In this document: positions 48,786-58,955 of the stretch, piece by piece
How positions within the stretch are numbered: the first letter of the stretch is position 1
Layout: the number at the start of each line of letters is the position of its first letter
Virus record (IMG/VR): IMGVR_UViG_3300025161_000007
Coordinates: 3,496-67,495 of that record
From: a virus
DNA length: 64,000 bases
Reading direction: 5' to 3' (one strand)
Notes under the pieces: model-generated
Database searches by the model: none
The model's input: the letters and a program-made list of their open reading frames with translations, nothing else
What the model was told of the DNA's origin: nothing
Translations under genes and position numbers: made by a program

Positions 48786-49295
48786 TCACTCCGTTAAATA
48801 TTCAAGCAACAACTTGCCAGTGAACACGTTCTCGCCCTCGATCCCCCCGCTTGGTCGCAGATGGGAACTCACAACACCAGGGCAGAAGACGCACGACTCC
48901 CCGTTATCTCCCACGCACTGTGGATGCCAGAGAGCAAAGGCTTCCTCCACCTTCCCCATCATCGCCCTGGCAACCCTGTAAGCCTCTTCTTGCGTCTCCC
49001 CCGTCCTGGTGAAGTACATCTCCAGGTGAATGGAGAAGCGCCTGCGCCAGGGGATCCGTGATCTCCCGATCTCCAGGCGCTCGTAGTCCACCTCATGGCC
49101 CCAGGTATCCTCCTTGTCCGTCGGATCGCACTCGGCCACCAGGATCGAGATGCGATAGTCCTCTGGATCAGCCTGCAAAGGCCACATGCGGATCAACCCA
49201 GCATAAGCCGTATCATCAGGCGAGGTACCTGTCGCGCAGGTGGACTCCAGGTGCTCGATGATGGCTGCCACACAGCTATCGGTGAATGTAGCCAT
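48786..49295 (-). CDS. Tail terminator / neck protein
   Basis: Position between adaptor and tail tube. Confidence 0.55.
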   Translation of the reverse strand: MATFTDSCVAAIIEHLESTCATGTSPDDTAYAGLIRMWPLQADPEDYRISILVAECDPTDKEDTWGHEVDYERLEIGRSRIPWRRRFSIHLEMYFTRTGETQEEAYRVARAMMGKVEEAFALWHPQCVGDNGESCVFCPGVVSSHLRPSGGIEGENVFTGKLLLEYLTE

Positions 49296-49920
49296 GCCGC
49301 CTCCTCCCGAAGCTGAGCGTCAGAGAGCGTCCTCCCAGCCTTTCAAAGATTCCCTGCCGATAACGCTCGTAGTAATGGTTCACCATGACCACGAGCGGGT
49401 TATCGTCGCGCTGTCCCTGGTTGCGCCAGCGATCCAGACCGGCCGATTGCTCTCCCACCCGTTCGGTGCACTTCGCAAGCACATAGAGGACAATCAGTTC
49501 GAGATCGGCAGTGGGAACATCCACTACATCCGTATCGTTCACAATGCGACCACGTGCTGTGTAGAAGTGCACCGTAACCGAAGAGGGAGAATCGGGGTGG
49601 AGCACCCACAGTTTATCCTCTAACTGGTACCACCCCCGCATCCCCTGCCATACCCGCGTGCCTGGCTTGATCGAGATCTCAGGCAGGAAGGTATCATCAG
49701 GGTATTCGACGGCAAAAACCTGATAGTCTTCTGGCAAGATTGTGGAGCCATCCCCAGCCAGACCAGTCACGCACGATGACTGTAGAGGGAAGTAGCGGCT
49801 GTAGTCGGCCAATGCGTAGTTGACATAGGTCTGAAGCTCCGCATCAGGCCAACGCGGGGTCGCCGCTGTATCCTTCAGTTGATAACGAATCTCCGTGCGC
49901 AGGTCTGCCCAGGTAACCAT
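49276..49920 (-). CDS. Head-tail adaptor
   Basis: LRTEIRYQLKD...RWPDAELQTYVNYAL; follows the capsid gene. Confidence 0.7.
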   Translation of the reverse strand: MVTWADLRTEIRYQLKDTAATPRWPDAELQTYVNYALADYSRYFPLQSSCVTGLAGDGSTILPEDYQVFAVEYPDDTFLPEISIKPGTRVWQGMRGWYQLEDKLWVLHPDSPSSVTVHFYTARGRIVNDTDVVDVPTADLELIVLYVLAKCTERVGEQSAGLDRWRNQGQRDDNPLVVMVNHYYERYRQGIFERLGGRSLTLSFGRRRHGYIHR

Positions 49921-51260
49921 TACTGATTCACCACATCGCCCTTCATGCGGACCGAGCCAGCCGAGAAGACGACCTCGAAGACCTCAGGCCGGAAGACCTG
50001 GTACTTCATGTACGAATCCCACGAAAAGCGGTACATCGCCATCAGGTCATCGACAACAGGAGCCTCATGGAACTCAGGCGGCTGCGCAACGCCCGCGACC
50101 ACACCATTGGGGCCAGCCAGGAAGATGGTCGCATGGATGTGCCGCCCCTTCGTCACGTAGCCATACACGCCACCACCCAAATCGGTCGTGTACTCCTTCA
50201 TGACCGGCTTATCGAGCGAGATGCGATTGTTGACGGTATCGATGGAGACGATGCGACGCACGGTGTTCTTGCCAGAGCGATAGTCCACGCCATTGGTGAC
50301 GCCAAAGTCATTGGTGCGCACCGTGTGGATGGTGACGACATCGTTGACCTCAAGGCCAGCCACACTGTTCAACTGGATGTAGGTGGTAGCGTCTGACTGA
50401 CCAACCGTGTAGACGGTATCCACAGTGCGAGCCGCGCCAGCACCCGGCTGCACCGCGCTGGTGATCGTCTTCTGAGTAACGATCGCACCACAGTTCCACA
50501 GGGTATTGCGCGTGGTGCTCAGGAAGCGAGCATTGTAGATCGTGCCCACCTCATAGCGCAGTGCACGGCTAATGTCCGCATACTTCAGGATGTCCAGCCA
50601 CTCGCTCTTGTTGTTCTGGATGTCGTAGATGACACCAGGCGAGGCGATCGCGACCAGAGCGCCATTGGTGCCACCCGATGGGTTCTGCGCCAACGGAACA
50701 TCGCGATAGCTCAGGCCCAGCCAGATATCCTTGATCGTATCAGCATCGAACACGTCAGTAGCAGCGATCCCAGAAAACAGCGTGCCAGTGCCAGAGGCCG
50801 CGTAGATCGCGTAGGGGGCAGTCAGGAAGGCATTGCGGGCCAGGATGTCCATCGTCTCCGTCATGGAGATCGCGATCTTGTCGCGGATGATGGGGCGCAG
50901 GCCCACGCGGCCATTCTGCCGCCAGTAGGTGATCATCTCGTCATACTTGTGCAGCGAGACCTTGTCGCCGTAATGCTCCATGCCGATCGTCAGCGACGCG
51001 CTGTCGGTATACGCTGAGGGCAGCCACAGATCGCGCAGGCCAATGGCATCGGTATTAGGCTCCATGTCATAGACCAGGTTGAAGACCATCAACCCAGTGC
51101 GCTGAGCCGCCAGATCGACCTTCATCGGCACAAACTGATTGTAGACCGCCTTGGCGCGAAAGACATCCAACAGATCGGGCACATACCAGGACCGTTGATT
51201 GGCGCTCAACCCACTCCACGGGTTGTCGCCATAGTAGGTGTCAAAACCACTCGTAGGCAT
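49920..51260 (-). CDS. Major capsid protein (HK97 fold, N4-gp56-like) with inserted domain
   Basis: EHYGD; ETMDILAR; YEVGTIYNARF; DDLMAMYRFSW. Confidence 0.85.
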   Translation of the reverse strand: MPTSGFDTYYGDNPWSGLSANQRSWYVPDLLDVFRAKAVYNQFVPMKVDLAAQRTGLMVFNLVYDMEPNTDAIGLRDLWLPSAYTDSASLTIGMEHYGDKVSLHKYDEMITYWRQNGRVGLRPIIRDKIAISMTETMDILARNAFLTAPYAIYAASGTGTLFSGIAATDVFDADTIKDIWLGLSYRDVPLAQNPSGGTNGALVAIASPGVIYDIQNNKSEWLDILKYADISRALRYEVGTIYNARFLSTTRNTLWNCGAIVTQKTITSAVQPGAGAARTVDTVYTVGQSDATTYIQLNSVAGLEVNDVVTIHTVRTNDFGVTNGVDYRSGKNTVRRIVSIDTVNNRISLDKPVMKEYTTDLGGGVYGYVTKGRHIHATIFLAGPNGVVAGVAQPPEFHEAPVVDDLMAMYRFSWDSYMKYQVFRPEVFEVVFSAGSVRMKGDVVNQ

Positions 51261-51272
51261 CTCGAAAACTCC

Positions 51273-51869
51273 TTATTTGACCATTTCGTTCCACAGGTTG
51301 ATCCACTCTTGGGCTTGAGGTGTGCCAGCGTACTTCTCGATATTGGCATACACCTCTTCCCTCGATAGCTTGCTGGCAGGTGGGTTGGCTGGAGGAACAA
51401 CGCCTGCCTTCCACTGCTCTCGCTTGCTGCTCAGGATCGCCTCGATGCCCTGGCTGAGCCGTTCCACCGCCGACTTCACCTGTTCAGGATCCGTAGACGA
51501 GGGGACCACATCCGCCAGATGCACCAGATCAGGATACTGGCGCAACACTTCCCACTTGGTCGCCTGTGCAGCAAACGAGTCCCTCTCCTTCTGGAGAGCC
51601 TCCAGCTGCTGCCTGACCTTCTCCGCCTCTTTCTCGTAGGACCCACGGAAGTTCTCAAGCTCGCCACTACGCTCATCGAGGGCTTTTCGAAGCTGCTCGA
51701 CCTGCTCCGCGAGTTGACCCTTCTCAGATTCATGCTTCGCCAGGGCTTCGCTCAAAGAAGCAATCTTCTGATCCTTCTCCGAAAGCACGCGCATCAGGCC
51801 CTTATAACGGGCTTCCCAATCCTGCTGCCCAGAGGTCTCCTGCTGGACAGGGGTATCGGTATCAGCCAT
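51273..51869 (-). CDS. Capsid scaffolding protein
   Basis: DWEARYKGL; coiled coil; immediately upstream of the capsid gene. Confidence 0.75.
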   Translation of the reverse strand: MADTDTPVQQETSGQQDWEARYKGLMRVLSEKDQKIASLSEALAKHESEKGQLAEQVEQLRKALDERSGELENFRGSYEKEAEKVRQQLEALQKERDSFAAQATKWEVLRQYPDLVHLADVVPSSTDPEQVKSAVERLSQGIEAILSSKREQWKAGVVPPANPPASKLSREEVYANIEKYAGTPQAQEWINLWNEMVK

Positions 51870-52734
51870 CTTCTTCCTCTCCTGTCTCGATTTCTGCTCT
51901 CTTCATGTCGTAAAGATAGCAAACATCATTTTGTAAGATCGCAAACCCTGGTACCCAACGGGCATATCGGGTGATGCGTAACGCCTTATAAGGGGTCGCT
52001 GACTCCAGACACATACAACCGATCTCAACCGCCTCATACTTTCCACTACGACTCTTGGTGATCCCCCACTGGTGCGTGTGGCCGGCGATCACGTTCATCC
52101 CATAAATATCAGCCAGATCACGCGTCACTGCCAGCTTCTCCGAGTAAGACACTGGGTGCACAATCATCCACGAACCGATGTAGCAATACCAGTGATCTGA
52201 CCACACGCCTGGTAGACCCAAGTCAGCGACCCCTAACCCTCCTCCTAAGTGATGCGCCAGTCGCGCATCGTGATTTCCAGTTAAGCAGATCACCTCTTCG
52301 AAGTTATCCTCAAGCTCCTCCAACCTCTCCCTGGCCAACCGTAACTCCTCACGAACGGATAAGGACTCTGTCTGCCCTGGATAAGAGGAGATCGAGCCGA
52401 AATCCACAAGGTCACCAGCAATCACGACACGCCCAATCCCACGATTACGAGCCACGCGAATCGCCTTCTCGTACAAAGGCACATTAAGGTACGGAATGTG
52501 TAGATCGGATAGAATCAGGGCATCCCGACCATCCACGGTGATCGGCTCTGGTAGAACTGGCGCAGCGCTCCGCATGATGATGGGGATCACATGCCCTTCA
52601 CGGCGCAACTGCTGCTTCCACTCACGAATCGTGCTCTGCGACTTGTGGTAGCGCTGCGCCAACTCATACGTGTCCAGCTTCCCACAATCACTCAGGAATC
52701 GCTCGATTAGCTCGTTCGGTATTCTTCCCGCCAA
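51862..52734 (-). CDS. Calcineurin-like metallophosphoesterase with N-terminal HTH
   Basis: SDLH, GDLVD, GNHD, GHTH motifs. Confidence 0.9.
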   Translation of the reverse strand: MAGRIPNELIERFLSDCGKLDTYELAQRYHKSQSTIREWKQQLRREGHVIPIIMRSAAPVLPEPITVDGRDALILSDLHIPYLNVPLYEKAIRVARNRGIGRVVIAGDLVDFGSISSYPGQTESLSVREELRLARERLEELEDNFEEVICLTGNHDARLAHHLGGGLGVADLGLPGVWSDHWYCYIGSWMIVHPVSYSEKLAVTRDLADIYGMNVIAGHTHQWGITKSRSGKYEAVEIGCMCLESATPYKALRITRYARWVPGFAILQNDVCYLYDMKRAEIETGEEEDG

Positions 52735-54136
52735 CCTTCTTTTCCCATGTCATGAGCACCCTGGCGATCTCCTCTTCGAGGTCGTCGGTGTACCCAAGTT
52801 TCTCAACGATCGTCTCCAACGAGACCGCCGGATACTCAGTGTTCCACATCAGGTTCAACTCGTTGACCATATCCATGCGATCACGCGGGAGGACGGGCGC
52901 GAATTGCACATCTACCTCTGCGCCAATCATGTCGTCCGTAACCGCAGGTTTGCGACCATCCAGTGGATCACGGAACTTGCGGATACGCAGCGTCATATCG
53001 GTCAAACGGCGGATGCCGGAAGCGATGAAGACTCGCGTCCACTTGGCCGATTGCACCAATGGCCACATACGAAGCGTCAACGTCAGCCCAGAACGTTGCG
53101 ATCCCTCATCAACCCCTAAAGCCACGGCGGGGATCATCGCCGAGTAGCGCGAGAGGTCCCACAAGAAGTTGATGTAGTTGAGCGTGCTGGCCGGCTCGGT
53201 CTCCGCAGGGAGCACCCCGATCTCAGGATCATGCTGATCGCCAATGCTCTGCCCAAGATCGAGGATCTTGTCAGGAGCAATCATCAAGTCCTTCTTCCCG
53301 CGATAATTGCGCACCCAACGTACAGGATGCGCCACGTAGTTGATGCGATCCCCCATATCGGCCAGACGCAGGTTCAACTCATCCTGCAGCCCCATGATGT
53401 CGTCGATCACGCTCACGCCATAGAACTCATTGGCGCCACGGAAGCGCGGGATATAGACGAAGGGGACGAACCCATAAGGGTTAGGGCCAGAGTACTCCTC
53501 GATGCGCAGGTTATCCACGCGCACCTCGTACTCCCTGGGTGTCCAGTGCTCCGAATAGAGCACCATGCGCTCAGGTGAATCCTTGATGGGGATGCCGTAC
53601 ATCAGGTTGGCATCAGCCGCCGTGATGTAATACTGCACCCAACATTCCATGATGCGCTTGACATCCTGAGGATGCCAGCGTGGGATGAAGTAGGAAGGGT
53701 TGATCAACTCATAACGAATCCCACAATTCAGCGCGGGGTCTGCCGAAACCTTGATCACCGCTCCCCCGTAACGCTGGATGGCCAATGCCATCTCAGCGAA
53801 CATCTGATCGCGCTCGTTCTCCTCCCAGATACCATCCAGGACCTCGTTCACCCGCTGTGCCCGCTCGTCTGTACCTGGCATCTTGATCGTCACCACCGCA
53901 TCCTCCCACTGGCCCAAAAGAGCCTGAGCGTGAAGGATGCACAGCATCTTGGCGATGTTGATGCGCAACGGGTAGAGCAGAGGAGGTTCCGTGTCTGGGC
54001 TATCCGATGGGACCTCGGAACGCTCATCGAAGATGTCGCCGGAATAGTAACGATCCCACTCCTCGTACTTCGAGAACTGGGAGTCGATCAACCGCCTCTC
54101 AGGCAAGTCAGCGATCTGACCAGAAAACAGCGCCAT
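52688..54136 (-). CDS. Portal protein (SPP1 gp6-like)
   Basis: PNPYGFVPFVYIP...YGVSVIDDIMGLQDELN; SGLTL; follows TerL. Confidence 0.9.
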   Translation of the reverse strand: MALFSGQIADLPERRLIDSQFSKYEEWDRYYSGDIFDERSEVPSDSPDTEPPLLYPLRINIAKMLCILHAQALLGQWEDAVVTIKMPGTDERAQRVNEVLDGIWEENERDQMFAEMALAIQRYGGAVIKVSADPALNCGIRYELINPSYFIPRWHPQDVKRIMECWVQYYITAADANLMYGIPIKDSPERMVLYSEHWTPREYEVRVDNLRIEEYSGPNPYGFVPFVYIPRFRGANEFYGVSVIDDIMGLQDELNLRLADMGDRINYVAHPVRWVRNYRGKKDLMIAPDKILDLGQSIGDQHDPEIGVLPAETEPASTLNYINFLWDLSRYSAMIPAVALGVDEGSQRSGLTLTLRMWPLVQSAKWTRVFIASGIRRLTDMTLRIRKFRDPLDGRKPAVTDDMIGAEVDVQFAPVLPRDRMDMVNELNLMWNTEYPAVSLETIVEKLGYTDDLEEEIARVLMTWEKKVGGKNTERANRAIPE

Positions 54137-54225
54137 GCACGCTCCTTCAGTGCGGGTACGGGGCTAAGATCAGGAAGATCGAAGGAGGAGAACTGGAGGG
54201 AGGACTTCCCCGTACCCGCATTGCG

Positions 54226-54253
54226 ATTATAACATCGCTGGAAAATCTGTCAA
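54226..54253 (-). promoter_or_regulatory. Consensus sigma-70 promoter for the portal/head operon
   Basis: TTGACA (54253-48), 16 nt, TATAAT (54231-26), with extended TG. Confidence 0.8.
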
Positions 54254-54277
54254 CCATTTTGCAAGGTGATTTTACAC

Positions 54278-55813
54278 TCATCGCCGGCGTGACCTTCGAC
54301 CCCCCGCATAGACCGCACGGAGCACACGTGTGTCTACTTTGGGGATAGACTCAGAGATCGCCGTCTTTTGCGCATCGATGTTCCTGCTCAGGTACGTGAT
54401 CTGCATGATCGTCGCTACGATGTCCTGGGGGATCTTGCGGTCATCATCCGATCGATAGTTGCGCAACTGTTCACGCAGACCACGGATGAAGGGGAAGCGC
54501 AGATCGTGATTGGACAGCGCGAAGCGCAGCGAGTTGACCATCGCATACTTGTTGGACCCGAACATAATGGGGTCGGTCTGAATCCCATAGCGCTCAAAGG
54601 CAAGCTCGTTGAGAGCCTGCTGAGCACCTGTGGCATCGATGCCGCAATAGACTGGCCGGTACTTATCGACGGCATACTTGTAGCTCTTGATGAACGGGAT
54701 GTAAGAGCCATTGCCATCGACCCAGTCGAAGTACACCATCTTAAAGGGTTTCTCGGTGACATCGAAAACCATCACGCAGCCAGCGTTACGACGAGGGGGA
54801 CCATCGGTTCCAGGATCGCCAGCCAGGATGTAGATGTGATCAGGGTGAGAGGGGACCTCCCAGTAGGTGCAGCCATACCTCCCCTCTTTGCAGGCATACC
54901 CCTTCTTGGGACTGACGCCAGCATCTGGGTCACCATAAACCGCCAGTTGCATCTCATCGTTCATCGAGTAGTCCTGACAGGCATCGATGGACTCACGTGT
55001 GAAGTCATGGTCGCCGAAGTTGGGGAGCTCCGCCTCGATCTCCTGGCGGATCATCTCCTCGGTGTAGTCGGCGATCATGTTGCTGATCTGCTCTTTGGTC
55101 AGGCTCGTGTTGTCGTATGTGCGCGCCCGAATGGAGAGATAAGTGGAGAGGTCTGCTCCCTCCCCATCGGGAATCCCCTTCGCCCAACGCCTGACCAGCC
55201 ACTCGACATCGGTGGGGGTGGTGATCAGGTCAAGGCGTGGCCCCAGATTGGCACTCCCTGGTCGGGTTCCCCGCGGCGTCCCATCAGGGCGTATCCCCCG
55301 CAGACGGCCACGTAGCGTCGTGAAGGTCATCTCGTAGGGTTCGTACCCTGCCTCGTCCATCACGATGCGGTCGAACTCACCACCACGCAATAACTGCGCC
55401 TGGAAGCCCGCTGTACGGTAAGTCACGAACGATCCATTGAGGAAGACGATCTTGGGATAGGGGTGACGCTCAATGGTCTTGATGTAGCGCTCGATGCGCT
55501 TGTTGTTTTCGATGCGTGCCAGTATCTTCTCGTAAGCAAGCTCAGCCTGGTAGGTAGAGATCGAGGTGTGCAGCACGTAGTAATACGGAGAGAGCATACA
55601 GTCGCAGATCTCCGACATGGCTGCGCATTCTGTCTTACCAGCGCCAATGCCAGCTAGAAGGGTGATGTTAGGCTGGGGAGCATGATGAAATACGAACTGG
55701 TAACGTAATGGCTCCCAGTCGAAGAAATAGCGCGTGAAGGCGCTCAGCCCACCTGTTTCGGGTAACATCGCGTTCTGCAAGACAACGCGGTCACTATTCG
55801 TAAGAATAGCCAT
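54278..55813 (-). CDS. terL: Terminase large subunit
   Basis: Walker A AGIGAGKT; Walker B IVMDEA; TTP coupling motif; nuclease ILAGDPG, IDATG, QDIV. Confidence 0.92.
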   Translation of the reverse strand: MAILTNSDRVVLQNAMLPETGGLSAFTRYFFDWEPLRYQFVFHHAPQPNITLLAGIGAGKTECAAMSEICDCMLSPYYYVLHTSISTYQAELAYEKILARIENNKRIERYIKTIERHPYPKIVFLNGSFVTYRTAGFQAQLLRGGEFDRIVMDEAGYEPYEMTFTTLRGRLRGIRPDGTPRGTRPGSANLGPRLDLITTPTDVEWLVRRWAKGIPDGEGADLSTYLSIRARTYDNTSLTKEQISNMIADYTEEMIRQEIEAELPNFGDHDFTRESIDACQDYSMNDEMQLAVYGDPDAGVSPKKGYACKEGRYGCTYWEVPSHPDHIYILAGDPGTDGPPRRNAGCVMVFDVTEKPFKMVYFDWVDGNGSYIPFIKSYKYAVDKYRPVYCGIDATGAQQALNELAFERYGIQTDPIMFGSNKYAMVNSLRFALSNHDLRFPFIRGLREQLRNYRSDDDRKIPQDIVATIMQITYLSRNIDAQKTAISESIPKVDTRVLRAVYAGGRRSRRR

Positions 55814-56087
55814 ATTCCTCGCTCAGAATCCCCTGCAGGTCTTCCCGCTTGTACTTGCCGCAGTGGTACTCGATATGATGGGTACGACACAGGCAGATCA
55901 GGTTGGTGAGGTCCCAGCTTCCCCCTGCTCCACGCGAGTGGATGTGATGCACATCGTAGGCAGAGGGCATGTAGACCTTCCCTGGTAAGCTGCCACGGGC
56001 GATGTAGTAGCAGAGCATACATCGCCCGTCGCGCAGCCTAGCTAAGATTCTGTTCCGTCTCGGTACGTCGTGATTGTGCAAGGGCAT
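55794..56087 (-). CDS. HNH endonuclease
   Basis: RDGRCMLC...DVHHIHSRGAGG...NLICLCRTHH. Confidence 0.9.
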   Translation of the reverse strand: MPLHNHDVPRRNRILARLRDGRCMLCYYIARGSLPGKVYMPSAYDVHHIHSRGAGGSWDLTNLICLCRTHHIEYHCGKYKREDLQGILSEEYGYSYE

Positions 56088-56226
56088 GGTCGATCAAGAC
56101 CATCTGGATTTGTTTGAGAAGCTCCACACGGGCGTAGGCATCAACGCCCGCCAGGTTTAACCAGTTGTTGTACTCAGCGATCTGTTTGGCCACAGACCGC
56201 ATCACATCGCCTGACATCAGGCTCAC
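56038..56226 (-). CDS. Hypothetical protein
   Basis: GTGA overlap with upstream GT; GGAG RBS. Confidence 0.45.
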   Translation of the reverse strand: MSLMSGDVMRSVAKQIAEYNNWLNLAGVDAYARVELLKQIQMVLIDHALAQSRRTETEQNLS

Positions 56227-56858
56227 GTCATCTCCACCCAACTCTTCACCCCCCATTTGCGAGATAACTCGCGATTCATCTGCTCCACGTTGGCGATCAC
56301 ATCGACCAACCCATACGCCTGCGAGGTGGCTCCCCCGATGTGGTTGACCATGAAGCTCTCGTCAACGAACATCGTGATCCTCATCTCCCTGGCGCGCCGA
56401 CACCAGTCCAGGTCAGCACCATAGCCTGGCATCGACTCATCGAAGTCGCCAACCTTCTCCCATGCCCACCATGCCACGACTGGACATGCCCAATCTACCC
56501 AGCGCACGCTACGCACCGTACCGGATATCTTGTGCATGTGCTGATGGGGGGAGTTGAAGGCCGGCGTCATCACGCCACACCCACACCTCTTCATCTTCTC
56601 CACGATGGATGAGAACATGGCGGGATGAATGCCAGTCACATCGCTGTTCAACATCCACACGTAGTCACAGTTGTAGCGCTCACGGAGGATGCGCATGGCG
56701 CGATTCCACCCTCCAGAGAAGTAGTAGTTGGCATCCAGCCGGATGGCTCCCTCGATAGGAGTGGGAGAGCCATTGTCGATGATCACGATCTCCGGTATCT
56801 GAAGACGCAAGGCGTCCACCAACTCGTTCCCGTAGCAGAGCGCAGCTATCGTGTCCAC
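56223..56858 (-). CDS. Glycosyltransferase family 2
   Basis: IIDNGS; FSGGWNRA; LNSDV; GDFDE...GYGADLDWC. Confidence 0.85.
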   Translation of the reverse strand: MDTIAALCYGNELVDALRLQIPEIVIIDNGSPTPIEGAIRLDANYYFSGGWNRAMRILRERYNCDYVWMLNSDVTGIHPAMFSSIVEKMKRCGCGVMTPAFNSPHQHMHKISGTVRSVRWVDWACPVVAWWAWEKVGDFDESMPGYGADLDWCRRAREMRITMFVDESFMVNHIGGATSQAYGLVDVIANVEQMNRELSRKWGVKSWVEMT

Positions 56859-57541
56859 GGCTTGTAGCCTCCTGGAGCCCAGTAGTTCCAGATACCGTCG
56901 TAGGTGCTGTAATGGGCGAGGCCGGAATCATAATGGCGGATCACCTTCCCAGCCCGTTCCAGATCACGGTACAGATACCACTCGTAAGCGTAATCGCCGA
57001 TCGCCAACTGATAATCGGGTGGCACAGCCGACTTGCGCATGATCATGGTCGGCGAGATGATGAATGCGTTGTGCTCCAGATCGCCAGGCGTATACTCACG
57101 CAGGTATGAGCCAAGAATCCTACCAGTCTCACGCTCATGCAGGATGGCGCGCGAGTAGACCAGGTCAGCATTGTACTTACGGATGGCAACAACCATCGTC
57201 TTGAGGAACCGTCGGTCCCACCAGTCATCATCATCTAGCCAGCAGATGAACTCGCCACGGGCCGCTCGTAATCCACGCATCTTCCCTTGCGCTCCCCAGT
57301 CATTCACCGATACGAACGGTTCGGCTACGATCACGCGCGGATCATCCCAACGCGGAACAACGTAGTCATGCGGCAGGTTGTTGGGGAAGATCAGGAGCTC
57401 GAAGTCCTTGTAGGTCTGTTCCAGGACGCTCTCGACCGCTCGTGGCAAGGTCGGGCGACCAACCGTTGCTGTCACAACGGTTACAGCTGGCGTGGCCGAC
57501 GTGTTGACGCCGCGGCCATCAGCCATCTCTCCACTCTCCAT
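56846..57541 (-). CDS. Glycosyltransferase family 2
   Basis: LPRAVESVLEQTYKDFELLI; ARGEFICWLDDDD. Confidence 0.9.
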   Translation of the reverse strand: MESGEMADGRGVNTSATPAVTVVTATVGRPTLPRAVESVLEQTYKDFELLIFPNNLPHDYVVPRWDDPRVIVAEPFVSVNDWGAQGKMRGLRAARGEFICWLDDDDWWDRRFLKTMVVAIRKYNADLVYSRAILHERETGRILGSYLREYTPGDLEHNAFIISPTMIMRKSAVPPDYQLAIGDYAYEWYLYRDLERAGKVIRHYDSGLAHYSTYDGIWNYWAPGGYKPWTR

Positions 57542-58044
57542 ACAGTTACCTCCTCGTAGAATCGAGAAAGCAAGGCGAGAAGATCATCCTTGCTGTACTC
57601 ACGCACATGATCTGGGCACATGGATGGCGGGTATTCCCCTGGAGCAGGCGTAGACAGGAAGAACCTGGGAGCGCAATCGAAAGCCAGTTGCAGCAAATGG
57701 GCAGGATCGTCCAGATGCTCGATCACCTCCGTGCATACCCCCACGTCGAACTGCTCATCCAGATGGACTTCTCGCCGTAGATCGACCACGTCCGCCCGTA
57801 TGCCACTCTGGCGCAATCGCTCTACCGCCTCTCGTGAGAAGTCCACCACGTACACAGAGTGCCCTTCCCGCAACGCAAAGCTTGAAAATCGTGAGAGACC
57901 TCCCCCAATATCAATGATCCTGGAAGGAGCCTTGATCTCCCTCAGAATCTCACGATAGATACTATCGCGCAGGGGGTCTTGCAAATAGCCACTCCCGCAG
58001 GTATCCCAAACGTGATCCCAGTGCTCTGGCGTGTTGATGTTCAA
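57481..58044 (-). CDS. Class I SAM-dependent methyltransferase
   Basis: IIDIGGG; VDFS; FDVGVCTEVIEHLDDP; STP. Confidence 0.9.
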   Translation of the reverse strand: MNINTPEHWDHVWDTCGSGYLQDPLRDSIYREILREIKAPSRIIDIGGGLSRFSSFALREGHSVYVVDFSREAVERLRQSGIRADVVDLRREVHLDEQFDVGVCTEVIEHLDDPAHLLQLAFDCAPRFFLSTPAPGEYPPSMCPDHVREYSKDDLLALLSRFYEEVTVWRVERWLMAAASTRRPRQL

Positions 58045-58739
58045 TAAGGAGCAACCTCCTCTCGCGTCAGGGGATGTTCAGGATTGTCGAGATGCTTTGC
58101 GACCAAAGTCGTGTCGATGATCCATCGCCCAAACCCCAAATCTCTGCACAATTCCCCGTACAAAGGGTCCTCGCTGCACGGAATCCCATCTGCTGAGTTC
58201 CCATAACGCCAGGGGACCCGCGAGAACACATCACGATGTAACAGCAGGAAGCCAGCCGTCCCGTAATCGCAATCCCATAACTCCCCTCTGCGCAGCTTGG
58301 GGTTGAAGATGTAGCGAGCGCGAGCATGCACCCCTCTTCCAGGGACAGTCCCTCCAATGATCTTCTTGCTCCTGGAGAGCAATACCTCGATGGAGTTTTC
58401 GGGGATGATCACGTCGGCATCCACATAGAGCAGCCACTCTGCGCCCAACGCGAAGGCCGCGTAGCGCGCCATCTCCCTGGCTAAGGTGATTGGGAAGAGC
58501 CTGGCCTGGTCCTGATCGTAACGAGGGGGAGTCCACCACCCAGAATCGATGTTCCACGTGTCAATGATGGCATCCGTCCCCTCCAATACATGAAACAACG
58601 GCTCATAAAGAGCCTTGTTGGAGGTCTGGATGTTGACGTAAATTCGCTTGTCTGGGTAGGTTAACCTCAGGTTATTGGGGACAGCATACAACTGCGAGTA
58701 TGCCTTGCGGTCACACAACAACGTGGCTACCAGGATCAT
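58041..58739 (-). CDS. GT-A fold glycosyltransferase-like protein
   Basis: LLYVDADV (DxD); GFLLLHRDVF; SEDP. Confidence 0.75.
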   Translation of the reverse strand: MILVATLLCDRKAYSQLYAVPNNLRLTYPDKRIYVNIQTSNKALYEPLFHVLEGTDAIIDTWNIDSGWWTPPRYDQDQARLFPITLAREMARYAAFALGAEWLLYVDADVIIPENSIEVLLSRSKKIIGGTVPGRGVHARARYIFNPKLRRGELWDCDYGTAGFLLLHRDVFSRVPWRYGNSADGIPCSEDPLYGELCRDLGFGRWIIDTTLVAKHLDNPEHPLTREEVAPY

Positions 58740-58918
58740 TTGTTCATGCCCATCAGGTTGAGTGCCAAACGCGCCTGGCGCTTGGTTGTAGCGCTGGCGC
58801 GGCTTCCCTTGCGCAGCACATGCCGCGCATACTGGCGCGTGGTCATGCCAGCCCGCCTCGCCTTCTCACGAAAAGCCCCAGGATGCTTGATCGCCCCCTG
58901 AATCCACTTCTTGGCCAT
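58736..58918 (-). CDS. Small basic phage protein (60 aa)
   Basis: KKWIQGAIKHPGA...RQARLA; AAAGGTGG RBS. Confidence 0.7.
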   Translation of the reverse strand: MAKKWIQGAIKHPGAFREKARRAGMTTRQYARHVLRKGSRASATTKRQARLALNLMGMNK

Positions 58919-58955
58919 ATCATCACCACCTTTCGCGATCATATACTGCACCAGG

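Noticed and set aside
28348-54232. Long plus-strand ORFs opposite the structural genes
   Set aside because: Antisense shadows of GC-rich coding sequence with no RBS or motifs.
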